From contig NC_045698.1 of NCBI RefSeq assembly GCF_009834535.1, forward strand, positions 12,774,001 through 12,838,000: 64,000 nt of DNA, written 5' to 3'. How positions within the stretch are numbered: the stretch's first letter is position 1; every line of letters starts with the position of its first letter. Under the pieces are notes generated by a model. That model saw nothing but the letters and a program-made list of their open reading frames with translations. It searched no databases and was not told the origin of the DNA. The DNA is from Camelus ferus. Lineage: Eukaryota. Shown one piece after another: positions 24,509-37,849 of the stretch. The translations under genes were made by a program, and so were the position numbers.

Positions 24509-25399
24509 GACTGGATAAACTGGAAGAAGGTGGTTCCAGCCATTTAGAGTATATAGAAAATGCTCAAGACCTCAAAATTTCAAAAATTCCTTCATATTTT
24601 GTACAATTTGGATTCCAAGGTTTTCATCTTCCTGGTTATTCATCTGTCATTTAGCTTTGGAATTGACAACTTTTTTAAAATGCAAGGTTCCTCAAGCATA
24701 CGCTTCTAGATGTGGCTGGGTTAGCACTGAGAAGTGGGTCTACTATGTTCCTAATTCTGACCCACATTGTCCAAGAGTATAGCCAAATTTGGCATTTTTG
24801 TTTCTTTTTAGCAACCTCACCATTATTCAAAAATTCAATTCAACAATCATTTGTAATAAATGATGTTAACTCTGTCCTTTTCAAGGCAATGCCCTTAGGT
24901 TTTAAAATGTGGAGTCAGGGGCACAAAGGTGCTCATTAGGAGTGAGAATTTCAAGCCTGCAGGAAGAGGGGAAGGTGTCCTTACAGGGCAGTGGCAGAGT
25001 TTCTTCTGGGTAGACAGGATTTCATCCATCTCAACTCACTCCATATGCTTCGTTCACTCAGCCTAGGCATGTGGCCAATCTTGATTAGCACAACTTGACC
25101 TCATGTTGCTCCTGCTAGTCTTTGTGAGAGAAAAATCTCATCTCCCTGTAGCAACTACATGTCCAGTTGACAATGAAATGCTTATTACTTGTTTGTGCAT
25201 TAATGAATTCATTCATTAATTCTTCCTGCTAATTCTGAGTTTCCAGTAAAAGTCCAATACTTTGGAAAATATAAAGGAGCATATAACATACTCTTTTATG
25301 ATTAGACTGCAGTTGAAAAATGTTAAATTGACTATAATCAAATGTCAAAAAGTTTTTTTTGAGGGAAGTTGCTAAATCTGGGTATCATGACAGACATTA

Positions 25400-25700
25400 T
25401 TGTTGCTCACCAATATTTCTAATTCTCCTTTCCTTCCTGAGGATTACACTTCCCTGAACCTTAAAAGGAGGCATGACCAAGAGCCTTCTTTTGGCAAGAA
25501 AAGCAGAGCAATGAGCAGTGATGTGTGTCACTTTTAGAAAACATTTTTTAAGAGTAGTGTGGTATCCACCCTGTTGCAAGAGACTGAAAGTTTCTTGAGA
25601 GGTTGGGATCATGAGTTGGTAGAGTTTATAGCATTCTGGGTTCCTGAATATTACAATGGGCAGAACGCCGACATGACTAGTGTTGGACAAGTAGTCTGCA
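25400..25700 (+). mobile_element. Old MLT1 (I/J-like) LTR fragment
   Basis: gctcaccaatatttc..gattacacttccctg..gagcagtgatgtgtgtcacttt. Confidence 0.5.
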
Positions 25701-25776
25701 TGGGATTCACAGTAGGTGCTTATTGAAGATTTTAGGGCAAAGCCATGTGCATGTATGAATATCCCTTAAGGTAACT

Positions 25777-26162
25777 GTCTCAGCTTGGGGTTGGCTATAA
25801 CAAAAATACCATAGATGCATGGCTTATAAATAACAGAAATTTATTTTCCACAGTTCTGGGGGATGGAAGTCCAAGCCTAGAGTCCTAGTATGTTCAGGTT
25901 CTAGGGAGGGCCCTCTTCAGGGCTGCAGACAGATGACTTCTCGTATCTCCACGTGGCAGAGAGCAGAGCAGCAAAACAAGCTCTCCTGTGACTCTTATAA
26001 GGATACTAGTCCCATTCACAAGGGCTCCACCCTTATGACCTTGTCTAATTCTAATCAACTCTCAAAGGCCCTACCTCCCAATACTATCACATCTGGGGTG
26101 GGGTGGTGGTGGTGGGGTTCAACATATGAATTTTGGAGGAGCACAAACATTCAACCTTTAAG
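25777..26162 (-). mobile_element. MLT1A-like MaLR solo LTR
   Basis: gctataacaaaaataccatag..aacagaaatttattttccacagttctggggg..tcaacatatgaattttggaggagcacaaacattcaa. Confidence 0.88.
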
Positions 26163-29142
26163 AGTAATGATGCATTTGTTTTTAGTGGAAAGGGTAGGCA
26201 AAATTTTGGTCCTGATACTGGCAGAACTTGTTTTTATCTTGTAGGGCTACCATTCTAACATTTATCTCAGGGTCTTTATGCTTCTTCCATGAAAATTAAA
26301 GTTTGAGAAAATACTAACTGTTTTTACCAAAGAATACAAGGTTAATCATTATATTGCTTATGTAGATTATCCCTAAATGAGATAGATGTGAATTTATCCG
26401 ATTTTGCTTCAGCGTTCTTAGATAGAATATTTATCCCCTAAAAACTATTTTTGAGAATAAAATCGATCTTTTTCTTCTTTAATATGTCTGGTGCTACTAA
26501 GAATTTTACATGATATATTGATTAAAGCTATGCTTGAAATATATATTTTAATATATACTGTGAATACATAAGGATGTATTTCATATAAAAGAAATCTCCT
26601 ATTCTGAAAGCTGGATGAGAACCCAGGCACTGTGTACTTTGTTCTCTCTTTGTACAGGGACATAGAAGTCAACGTCAGAGAAGGTAGAAAAAAGTTCCTA
26701 CCTTTCAGAAACATGCTGTTTGGGACCACGGAAATGTTTAATTAGTCAAAATTTTTGCCTATTAAAATGAAAGGCTTTCACAATCATGCCGGGAGAAATA
26801 TTTCAGCAGTTAAAAGTGATACCATCAACTTCAGAGTTTAGATAGTAGTGATCAGAAACACTTTAATTGTCACTTTGAAGTCTGCTACCTCCAGTAGTAG
26901 AGAGAAGGGAAGGGCTTCATTAGTGATTTATTGATCAAAGGAATACCTTTCATCAGACGGATAGATGATTTTTATATGTCTATCTAGTTAAAAGTAAAAA
27001 AAGAGCAAAAATATCATTTTTCCTTTTAATTTTGTATCATTTTAGCAAATGAGGGTGAGTGTGATGCATTTGTACTGGTTCTAAAAATACCAGCTGTTTC
27101 TTACCTTGTCACTAATTTCAGATGTGACTGGTGTCTGGGTCTCCCTGGGGCCACCTTAGTCAGAAGGGTGGTTCAAAGGAAAGTTCCTGGCTAGAAGTAT
27201 CAGAATTGGTGTCTCAAATAATGCCTGGCTCTTGGTAAATATTTGGCAAAGTGATACTAAGTGTTTACCTTTAAACCTTGTCCTATGGGAAAGCAGTGGT
27301 CTGTTGAATGTAAATTTATTGGCAAGGTTATAGGCTATGGAAATTAAAAACTGTTTTTACAAGTACATAGGGTGTCGAGGGAAGCAGATTACTGTACTTA
27401 AGGATGAATGCAGGGGAAGAGAGGCCACTGTGGCATTTGAAGGCATTTGTTGTTATACTGCATAAATTAGCTTAAATCTGCAATTAGCAGGTGAATAGGT
27501 GATCTGCTTTTTTCCCCTCTTAATTTGATTGTTAGGTTTATTATTGAGTGTAGCTAAATAAGCATTATTTCCAAATGTGTATTGAAAGAAAGTAAAACTA
27601 TTCTTTCCCTTTATTCACTGATGTCAAGGAAAAACTATTTTGAGAATCCTAAGGACTGGACTGTTCAAACGAACATGTTGATTAAACTAATCAACACTTC
27701 TTTTCTCTTCTACATCTGCATTGAAAATCAATTATTCACATCAATTTATCATATGTACTGAAGTAAAACATGAATAAAAAGGCCAGTTCTACGTTGTTTT
27801 CCATTGTTTAAATAGGACCCTACTTGGTACTTGTGTATCATCCTTTCATTTAAGTACCACCTTGGACTCGTAGCACCTTTGATAAAGCATTGTCAAGAAT
27901 CTGGCATTAGGTAAACTTGATGTGTAAGCATTTCTGCAGTTAATCTGCATGCACAGGAGAAAACAAAGCATAGAGGTTTCTTAAAATATTTATCTGAAGT
28001 AAAAGACATTCATAAGAAAGGAATTTTTATGCATTTATAAATAGGGCTCACAGGACAGACATCTTATCCTACAGATAAAATCAGTACAATAATCTTATCT
28101 GACACCCTGTATTACTTTTTCTTGGGTAAGGTATTAAAAACTTTTAGGGACCTAAGATTCTGTCTCTGTAGCTCACTAGAATAAGGAATGGAGCAATTAA
28201 TCATGAATGTAATGTGGTGTAGAAGATTCAGTACTGTATGTGGAGCCAGGAGGCCTGTGTTCCAGGGCTGGCTCTGTCACATACAGCCATACAACTTTGT
28301 TTATGCCAATTCACTTCAGGCGAACAGGATGCTAGCTCTCCCTTGGATGAACCATTGAATTTGTCTTCTTTTGAGTACTGTATACCAAGAGATCCCAAAT
28401 GTGGCATGTGGATCACAGGGGATCCTAAAACTCTTTCAGAAGAACTACAAGGTCAAAAACTACTTTCATAACAATATTAAAATTGAATGTTTTGTTCGCT
28501 GAAGTACAGTGTAAAAAGAAATGGAGTGTAAAACTTGAAGACACCGTAGTATGAATCGAGGCAGTGGTACTAAACTCTATAAGCAGTCATTGATCTTTTT
28601 ACCACCATATATCAACAGTGAAAACAAAAAATTGCTAGTTTCACTCAAAAATATTTTTTGATGAAGCAGGAAAAATGATCGATTTCATTAGGTCTCTAAC
28701 CTTACGCACACATCTTTTGAATATGCTGGTGATAATGTGGGATAGTCTGAGGAAAAACATTTATCCAATTGCTTGAGTTGTAAGCTGAGCTAGTTGGTTT
28801 TTCCTGGGACATTAATTCCACCTTAAAGAACAGCCAACAGACATACTATGATTTTGGATATTAGTTAGGCAGACATTTTTCTCAAAAATGAATTAAGTGA
28901 GCTTGTCACTTCAAGAAAAACAAGAGAAAGTATTTGTAGCTAAGATAAAATTGGGAATTTCAAATGAAGATAAGAATTTTGGAAAATGTGTCTTTTGCCG
29001 TTGTTTGATGACTTTACAATTTGTAAAGACTCTTATGATAAGATGGGTGGTTGTTACGGGTGAATGTTTGTGTCTCCCAAAATTCATATTTTAAAGCCGT
29101 AATCCCCAATGTGGTGATATGCTGAAGTGAGACCTTTGAAGG

Positions 29143-29535
29143 TCGTTAAAAAAACCAAAACAACCAGCCCAAAATGGAGTTGCTTACAATAAGCCACTCG
29201 TCACAAAACCAAAACTTAATTACAGTTTCAGCTCTCCCAGAAGAGACTCTTAAACCAGTCCATCAGGAATGACCTCATCAGCAGTAGTTAGATACTCTGC
29301 CCGGTAGCCCCTGCCATCCGCAAGGAAGGTAACCTTGCAGTGGCCCACCTGCCCTTCCATCTGGTGTAACTTCCTTGATCCCACTCCCTCTGCTTGTAAA
29401 AGTCTTTCATTTTATACAGCTCATCAGAGCTCTTTTCTGCCTGCTAGGTTGGAGGCTGCCTGATTCAAATCGATTTTTGCTTAAATAAAATTTTGCTCTT
29501 AAAATTTTAATTTTGTCTCAGCTTATCTTTTAAGA
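29143..29535 (+). mobile_element. ERV1-type solo LTR inserted into the MLT1A LTR
   Basis: gcccaaaatggagt..ccagtccatcaggaa..ttgcttaaataaaa..atcttttaa; near-TSD AAGG/GAGG; the MLT sequence resumes at gagggaattagg. Confidence 0.75.
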
Positions 29536-29680
29536 GAGGGAATTAGGCTTAGACAAAGTCGTGAGGGTGAGGCCTCCATTTTGCGATTGGCCCCTTGTAC
29601 AAAGAGGAAGGGAGACCAGACCGAGTGCACTCACTCTCCCGTCTCTCTGTCTGTCTGTCTCTGGCTGCCTGATTCATTCA

Positions 29681-29776
29681 TGTGAGGACACAGCCGGAAG
29701 GGGGCTGTTTGCAAGGCAGCAAGAGAGCTGTGAGGACACAGCCGGAAGGGGGCTGTTTGCAAGGCAGCAAGAGAGC
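29681..29776 (+). repeat. Perfect 2 x 48-bp tandem duplication
   Basis: tgtgaggacacagccggaagggggctgtttgcaaggcagcaagagagc at 29681-29728 and 29729-29776. Confidence 0.97.
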
Positions 29777-32772
29777 TCTCGTCAGGAGCCAACTTGACCT
29801 TGGGCTTCTCGGACGCCAGGACTGTGAGTAATAAATGCCTGCTGTTGAAGCCGCCCAGTGTGTGGCACTTTGTTAGAGCAGCCTGAGCTGAGATAGTGGT
29901 GATGTTAATGAATGTGAGTTTTTGATAGCGTGTAATAAATAATTTAAAAATTGGAAGAGCCTTATCAATGATCTCAAACAGCTATTGAAATACTCCACTC
30001 TGTCCCAAGTAGACATCTGTGTGGCGCCAAGTTTTCTTCACATACATATATGCTTCATATAAATTCTTTGTATACTTTAACCAAAGCAACTTATCATACT
30101 AGAGTGAACTCACAAACACAGACAAGAATCCAGCTGTCCTCTATTAAGCCAGATGTTAAAGAGATAGGCAGAATTGTAAAACACTGTCACTCCTCACTTT
30201 TTAATTTTTCTTTGAAAATATAATTATTTTGCATGAAAAATGTCATTTATATTAACATATCATGGGTTTATCAGTTACTTAAAAATTTGATGAAACATTT
30301 CTCAGTTGCAATTTCTAATCTGGTAAGTAATGATAAAACCCACATAAACGAAAGTTCTTTGACATCTTCACTAATTTTTTAAGAATGTGAAGGGGTCCCA
30401 GGGCTTACAAGTTTGAGAACTGCTGATCTAGCCTATCCTTGGGTTCACCTTCTCTTTTTCTGTCACTCCTTCAGAGTCACTGGGACAAAACTGCACAGTG
30501 ACCATGGCTGCCAGATCACCCTGAGTCCAAGTCCCAAATTCATCTCTTCTATTCCTTGAGGTACGAGGTCTGAGGTTCAGCCCCGGTGCTGATCTCCTGG
30601 AGTCTTTACCAAAACCCACTGTTGTCTATATATGATGGGGGGCACTTCCCTTGTCCACATCCTCAGGGGGTTCCAGTTTGTCTGCTGCCCTGCAGCTGAG
30701 CTGTGGATACCCTGCATCTCAGGGAGACCTTTCTGTCTGATGTGTTCTCCAAAAGTCTCAGTCACGTGCAGCTGAGCATGGAGCCATTCTGGTTTTCTAT
30801 ACTCTTTTCTTTCCTAGTGCTGGCTTCCAAACAAAACCCAAACCAACCAAATATAACACAACAAACCACCATGCCAAACACCCCTGGCTCCTCCTACCAG
30901 CTGTTCAGACAAGGGAGCCCTGTCCCAATGGCAGCTGAAGTTCAAGCTGGATGCTTTGCTATCGTGACCTTTTCTTTTATTGAATGAATGTTAAGGTGCA
31001 AACAGCCAACAAACTTTGCTTTTCCTGCCGCTAATCTTTTAAACTCAGACTGTGGGATAGTTTCCTCCATGTCCCTGGATGAACTCGGAGGTCTACCTCA
31101 GGTTTTCATTTGATTACGCTTAGCTCATAATGAGCCCAAATCAAACCCCGAAGAACGGTCTCACTTCAGTCATTAAATGTCCAGACTGGAGTAATCATCA
31201 GATTCAAAGATTGAAAATTAATGCTTCTTTGTTTGGCTCCAGCATGAAAGGGCTGTTCATTCCCCATTCATCTCTCAGTTTCTCTGTCTCCATCTCTGTC
31301 TGTCTGTCTCTCTTTGCTATTGGCTTAGACCACCAGCATCAGACTCCCTTTTGACTCTCTATTTTGCACATGTAAACCAGGTATCAATCAAGGCTGATCT
31401 TTTGTCAGTGGCAGAACCTTACTGGTTAAACTATATAGAAATACATCTCCAAATTTGGTAGGTAGGTTACCCTGAGTTCCCCAATCGAATTGGCATCTCC
31501 TTCTCTGTTCCCCTTCCTCCATGATTTTCCTTACTTTTCCACCATCTAGCAATGGAAAGATATAATCTAGAACCACAGGGCTTCAAGGTCCCCCTCCAGC
31601 TTCTGTGTTCTAGGCCTGGGGGCTCAGCCAGATCAGTAAATACCTCATTTTTAACAATCAGTCCCATTCTATTTGGTATGAGCACAAATCCATCAAGAAT
31701 ATTTGTGTCATTAATAACTGCTTTCTGATTGGAAGCTCGTATTAGCTTCTATTCTAGAGGACTAGGACAAAAGTATAGGGGCCAGGGAAAATTATCACAA
31801 CACTGAAGAACGACTTGGCAATACTTTAGAAATAATTTTCTTATCTATGTGAATGTCTGTTTCCATGACTAATTATATATATATATATATACACACACAC
31901 AGTATATGTAGTATATTAATTACATATATGAGTGTGTGTGAGCACATAGAAAGTTTGACACTATTGGGAACATTAAAATACATAGAGAAGTGACAGTTTA
32001 TCACTGAGAACACAAAACATCAAAGAGAAGAAACTGTGAGTGGTGGCAGAAAATAAAAAGATAATTTACTGGAGAATCACCTGAAGGAAAAAGTAGTGGA
32101 AATAAAGCAAACCATGGACTCTAGGTTTTCAAATATACAACAATAACAACAAAAAAATGTAGAAAAAGTGTTCTATTTAATAAGTTTAAAATGGCATTAT
32201 TTTGAACCATGAACATTCTCTTAGTTTCACATTGTCTTCCTTCCGTGTTCACTTCTTTCCATCTCTACTTCCATCATCTCCTCACTGGAGCTGTTCGGTA
32301 TCATGCAGTAATTTATATCCACTTATTTAAAATAAAACCCTTATCACACCAAGCAAGAGAAGAAAAATGAGTCTTGTGCTCAAGAGAGAGTGCCAAATGC
32401 CTGATCAGCGTAAAGAGAAGAGCAAGAGGGAAGGAGAGAATTGTTGCCTTAAGGCATTCTGAGACATTAGTAGGTCAGAGATGAAGACAGGGAGATAATT
32501 CAGAACTGAGGACCTAATATGGTGGCTAACGTTTCTCAAAGGAGCACAAGAGGCGTGTGATGTGTTTTGAAAACATAGATGAGCATGTACTGAGGATTCT
32601 TGCAAGTCTGTGGTGCTGCCTTCCATGATCTAGGGCCACTGCCTAGTGACAGAAGGATGCTATGTTGCTAATGTAGTGGGTGCTGCCTGCTTAATGTCCC
32701 ACAGATTTTCACTCTTCAGTGAAATGAAGAACTACCTTTTGACTCAGTGAGTCATACATTTTGGTTACTTTA

Positions 32773-32916
32773 TTGTTAAAAATTTTTTTGGGGGGGAAGG
32801 CGACGTAATTAGGTTTATTTACTTATATATAATTTTTTAATGGAGGTGTTGGGGATTGAACCTAAGACCTTGTGCATGCTAAGCACACACTCTACCACTG
32901 AGCTATACCCTCCCCC
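32773..32916 (-). mobile_element. Camelid tRNA-derived SINE (Vic-1 type)
   Basis: Reverse strand reads GGGGGAGGGTATAGCTCAGTGGTAGAGTGTGTGCTTAGCATGCACAAGGTCTTAGGTTCAATCCCC (A/B boxes)..AATAAACCTAATTAC..CCCCC, then an A tail. TSD tttggttacttta (32760-32772) / tttggttatttta (32920-32932). Confidence 0.9.
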
Positions 32917-34564
32917 AGGTTTGGTTATTTTAGACATGAGTGCTTTTGTATCCCTCAGATCAATCTAACTCTGGAAACTTTTTGAACGTGAAACTGCTAG
33001 ATTAGGAGTTAAGAAATGGTGGCAGGTTTATTTATTTATTTATTTTTTTACAATTGTATCAGGGATTTATTGTAAGATAGCTATTACAAAAGGACTTGTT
33101 CAATTTTTTTTCCTCCATATTTTTGTGTATAGGCAATCCTAGTGAAGAAGGGATGGAGATGGAGAAATAGTTAAAAAAGAACTCATTATCTCGTGCTATT
33201 TTATTAGAAGATTACACATGAACTTAAAAAGTTCATTGTATTTTTTAATGCCAGAATTACAAATTACCTCAATTATGCACCTACGTTGCAGTTGATGATT
33301 TTGGCTTTTTCTAGTTCAGCGTTCTGAAGACATTGGTGAAGACTGAGAATTAACGATTGTGTCCAAGTAAAGCTATCTCAAAACAGAAACCAAGTCTCAC
33401 GAGAAAATTATTGAAGTTTACAAGGGAGATATGTCTTTTAGAAACAAACAAACAAAAAAGCACCTAATCACGCATCCATTTATAAGCTTTCTAATTTGGC
33501 CGCCTGGCTATCAGAACACCTTGAAGCAAATAATTCTACAGACATTTCAGAGATCAAAAGGGGGCAGGATGTTTCCTTGTAGCAAGGATAGAGAACAGAA
33601 CTGAGGGAAGAATGCTTTTCCCCCAGTGAAGTGGTTATAGCAATGATACAGCATTTGTTAACAAAGCATCTTCTTAATGAATATTTGATTATTTCAGTAA
33701 CTACCTATTCAGTCACCATTCATTCCCATGCTCCTAGAAAGAGTACTTCAAGATTCATAATAAATGACATTTTAAACATCACATTTCTGCACTTAAGGAT
33801 TGGATTAGAAGACATCCTTTTGGATCCTTTTCATTTGCTTATTACATTTATGACTTTTATAATAGTCCCTAAACATACGAGAAGTGAATATGGGTGGAGT
33901 GTGGGGGATTCAGAAAGCAGAAGTGTTACACATTCTCACAAAAGACAATGGTCTAAATATGGGTGAAGGTGTGGGGGGAAGTGGTCTTAAAAATATCCAC
34001 TGAAGTCTCTTGTCAGTCAAAGACACTGAGATCGCTGTTGGGCTTATTACCAAGGAAGGACATCATGGCAAAACCAGTGATTCTGGAATTCCCCTCCCCA
34101 GTCATTATGATGCTCCCCCAGCTCCCACCCTCAGGCTTTCCTCAGCCCTGCTGCTTACCTGACCTTCCTCATTACATACGCTGTGTCTCTTTACTCTCAT
34201 ACTTCTTTTCCTTCTCAGGACTGATTTTTTTTTTTAAATAAACTCTCTACTATTGCTTTCCACTCTGCATTTTATTACCCAAATTCAGATATGAAATACA
34301 TTTCCTTCAGCCTGACTGCTACTTCCTCATATTATTCTTTCATCTTTACGACTTAACTGAGAATTTGTCTCCACTAAAATCCTTCCCCTCCACCACTTTG
34401 GTCCCCAACAGAATCCAATCTAAGAAACACCACCTTACAGTAATTGTGGAACTCATTCTCTCCCAATTTTCTTCTGGTTTACAAGAAACATTTTGTTTTG
34501 GAAAAAATATATATATAACCATCATTCTATCATTTAGTGTCCATCATTGGTTCAAAAGTTGGTT

Positions 34565-34965
34565 CAAAGTCTAAACATAGACCTACTTTATAACCCAGCA
34601 TTTGTGCCTCTAGGTATTTACCCAATTGACTTGAAACCTTATGCCCACACAAAAAGCCTGCACACCTGCACATGAATGGTCATAGGAGATCCATTCATAA
34701 TCAGCAAAAGCTGCAAGCAATTCGTATGTCCTTCTAAAGGTGAATGGAGAAACTAACTGTGGTACATCCATACAATGGAATAGCATTCACCAACGAAAAG
34801 AAATGCACCACCAAGCCCTGGGAAGACATGCATGAATCTTAAATGAATATTGCTGAGTGAAAGAAGCCAATATCAGAACACTATGTATTTTATGATTTCA
34901 TGTATGTGAGATTCTGGAGGAGGAAACACTATAGAAACAGAAACCAAAATCAGTGGTTGCCAGAG
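34565..34965 (+). mobile_element. Old L1 (L1MC-like) ORF2 end / 3'UTR
   Basis: aacccagca..ctaggtatttaccca..actgtggtacatccatacaatggaata..gctgagtgaaagaagcca..cagtggttgccag. Confidence 0.85.
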
Positions 34966-35150
34966 AAGTACCTCTTCTCTCAGATAAGTCTTGAAATGAC
35001 TGCAGCCTTGTGAGAGACCACAAACTTGAGGACCCTGTGAAACTGTACCAGGTTGCCTGACCCGCAGAAATGCTAAGATAATATATCTTTGTTTTTTAAG
35101 CCTCAAAATTTGGAGATAATATGTTACACAGCATTACATAACTAATCTAG
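34966..35150 (+). mobile_element. MLT1 LTR 3' fragment
   Basis: gactgcagccttgtgagagacc..cctgacccgcagaaa..tgttacacagcattacataactaat. Confidence 0.7.
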
Positions 35151-37253
35151 TCATATATATTTTATATAACATTATAACCAAGTCACTGGATGAGATTTTG
35201 TTTTTAAATAAGAAAGATGGTGTTGAAATGTTGTGAAAATATCTTTGTCCTGGATCTAAACATGCTAACAGTTATCTCTTTAAATAGGGAAGTTTTGAAA
35301 TCACACACAATGTTATGCCTTCTACCTTTTCAGAATGAGATTTTTTAGTATGAACTATATTTCAAAGAAATTTATTTAGAACAAGAGTCATTCTATTGCA
35401 TTTTCTCTTGATTTTCCCCTAAATTAGCATTGATTCTCCAACTATCAGTGGAAAAAAAAGGTGTGCTTTTAAAAATAAAATAGGCCAAAATAAATGTTTG
35501 GTGCCACGTTCTGCTTCCTCCTAGATGTGTCTACATTTTAACAGTGCAAGAGAAACAGACTTCTTTCTTATGTTTTATGTTAATGAGATGGAAAAGAGAA
35601 AAAAGATGATTCTAGATAAAGAAGTAAAAGCCTGTTATTCAGACTCAGAGAGGGAAATAAAAAAGAAATAATATCTAAGATAGTATAAAATGTCAAATTG
35701 TAATTTGTCTGGTTCCTCATTCATATCATGTTCAAAACTGCTCTCTCCACTGGGCTCCTTTCTATACCAACGTGGCCCATTTCCTATACAGACATTTTCT
35801 TTGCTAATGTTCCCCATATGCACAGATTAATCTTCACATCTTCTTGTACTCATTTTGCCTCTTTGGCTTGTGTTCTGTTTGCCAGCCATATGTAACCATC
35901 CTTGCAACATTTCCAGACCCAATTTAAAGTTTGAAAAACATCCTTCCCCACACTTTGCATTTCTATGCCTTTAGAACTTGGCATAAGTTTCTCCATCAAA
36001 ATCTAACTAGTCTTCTTTTCCTTTTTTTGTTTTTCCTTTTTTTTTTTTTTTTTAGCGAGTTAATTTCAAAGAAGGATTTCCTCCTACTTTTATCATTTTT
36101 GGCCCGACTCTGAGTTCAGAGAACACAAAAAATGTAGCAATGCATCAGTGAAATCTCTTACAGTACAGTGAGGGCAATTCCAGGAGACAGGTGGTGTCTT
36201 TGAGGAACAACTGGATTGGATCAGAAAGTACTCATTCAAGGTTTTCAGTTGACTTTTTATGTGTGAACCTCCCTTGGCTTGAGAAAGATACACAACAAGT
36301 GACCATTTACTACCACTGGAATGAAGGTTTGTCACATGTGAGCTCGTAGAATGGCCCTTGGAAAGATTGCCCCAAAAATAAAATTTTGTTTCCTGATTTA
36401 TCTGACGGCTCTCTATGGACAGAAGCAAACTATCCTATCACAACTTATATCACCCACCATGTCACAGACGAGGACAAGTATTTATGTCATTACTCCAGGC
36501 TGGATCTTCTTTCTCCGCCTCTAAGTCATCTCCATTTTCTAAGATTTAGGTCAAGTACACTTCCTTCACAAATCCTTCACAAACACACCCACATTGATCT
36601 CAACTTTTCTAATCTCTTGGAGCATTAATTGTCTTTTTCATTTTAGCTCTTAATTATAGACTCATACACATCCTGGAATACGCTTTCTTTTCTTCTTCAC
36701 CTGACAAACACCTACTTGTTATTAAGGACTCATGGTAAGCAACACCTAGTCCCTGAACTCACCCCTGACCAATCCTACCCTCTGGCACCCAGGGAAGTAA
36801 GTGTCCCCTCGACACTGCTCCCATAGCATCATCTAACTGAGAATAGAGCCTGGGTCCCTCTATCTGATGACATACCAACCTTCTCACCTCCCCATTGCAT
36901 ACTAAACTAGCCCTAGGTTTAGGCAATTAATCATGAACAAACCTCAATATATATTTGATAAATAAATGAACACAAAAATAATGAACCTGTGAAAAATGAA
37001 TTACTGCATTCTTATGTGTATCAAAAAATCAACAATGCATATAAATTAATTCATTATGTATACCAATCCATCAACTTATGTGCATGAGTTAATTAACCAT
37101 TATTTTTATGGACCTAGGCTCATAAATTAATAATATGTATCAACTGCTATGTGCACATTTATTCCTTGCTGAATAGAAGGGAGAAAATACGTGCATAAGA
37201 TACATATATGAGCTCTCCTATTTAACTAAAGGAGGAGATTTTGTTCTGTTCAC

Positions 37254-37582
37254 TGGAAGAGGCTGAATGTTTGTGTCCTCTGAAAATTCATATGTTGAAA
37301 CCTAATTCACAACTTGGAGGTAGAGTCTTTGGGAAGTGATTAGGTTATGATGGTGAAGCTTCATGAATGGAATTAGTTCCCTATGAGAAAGACCCCGAAG
37401 ACCTCCCTCACCCCTTCTTCCATGTGAAGACACAGCAAGAATCAGCCGTCTGTGAATCAGGAAGTGGGACCGCCTTAGACACTGCTCTGTTAGCACCTTG
37501 TTCTTGGACTTCCCAGTCTCCAGAACTGCGAGAAATGAATTTCTAGTGTTTATAAGCCACCTGGCTTAAACAGATTAAGGCA
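37254..37582 (+). mobile_element. MLT1A-like MaLR solo LTR
   Basis: ctgaatgtttgtgtcctc..aaaattcatatgttgaaacc..ccatgtgaagacacagcaaga..cttggacttcccagtctccagaactg..tttataagccac. Confidence 0.88.
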
Positions 37583-37849
37583 TTCAAATTTTGCACATTG
37601 CATATATATTTTTACTCAAAGGAAGTTAGGGAAATAGAAAATGAGCAAGAAACTACCAAGAGGAAAAATACCAATAAACCCAAGGTTTTAACCTTAGCAT
37701 CTGACACATTTTCTTTACATGTTTTCATGTAGTTATTATCATGTTTTACCATTTGTACGCTGTCATTAAAGTGGCTACACAGCATACAATGTAATAAATG
37801 GTCACAATTTAACTTATTGAATCCACCAGCCAGTGGGCACACACATTAG

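Larger units (their letters stand above)
29052..29895 (+). mobile_element. MLT1A-like LTR inserted into Charlie1a
   Basis: tgttacgggtgaatgtttgtgtctcccaaaattcata..gcagcctgagctgagata, flanked by a 5-bp TSD GTGGT (29047-29051 / 29896-29900). Confidence 0.88.
28386..30425 (+). mobile_element. Charlie1a-like hAT DNA transposon, interrupted by LTRs
   Basis: Start ..gtgg..ggggatcctaaaactctttcag..aggtcaaaaactactttcataacaata and end taatttttt aagaatgtgaaggggtccc..aagtttgagaactgctg resemble the Charlie1a termini. Confidence 0.8.

Noticed and set aside
32850..32916. tRNA-Ala-like gene on the minus strand
   Set aside because: It has a SINE body, A tail and TSD, so it is a tRNA-derived SINE rather than a tRNA gene.
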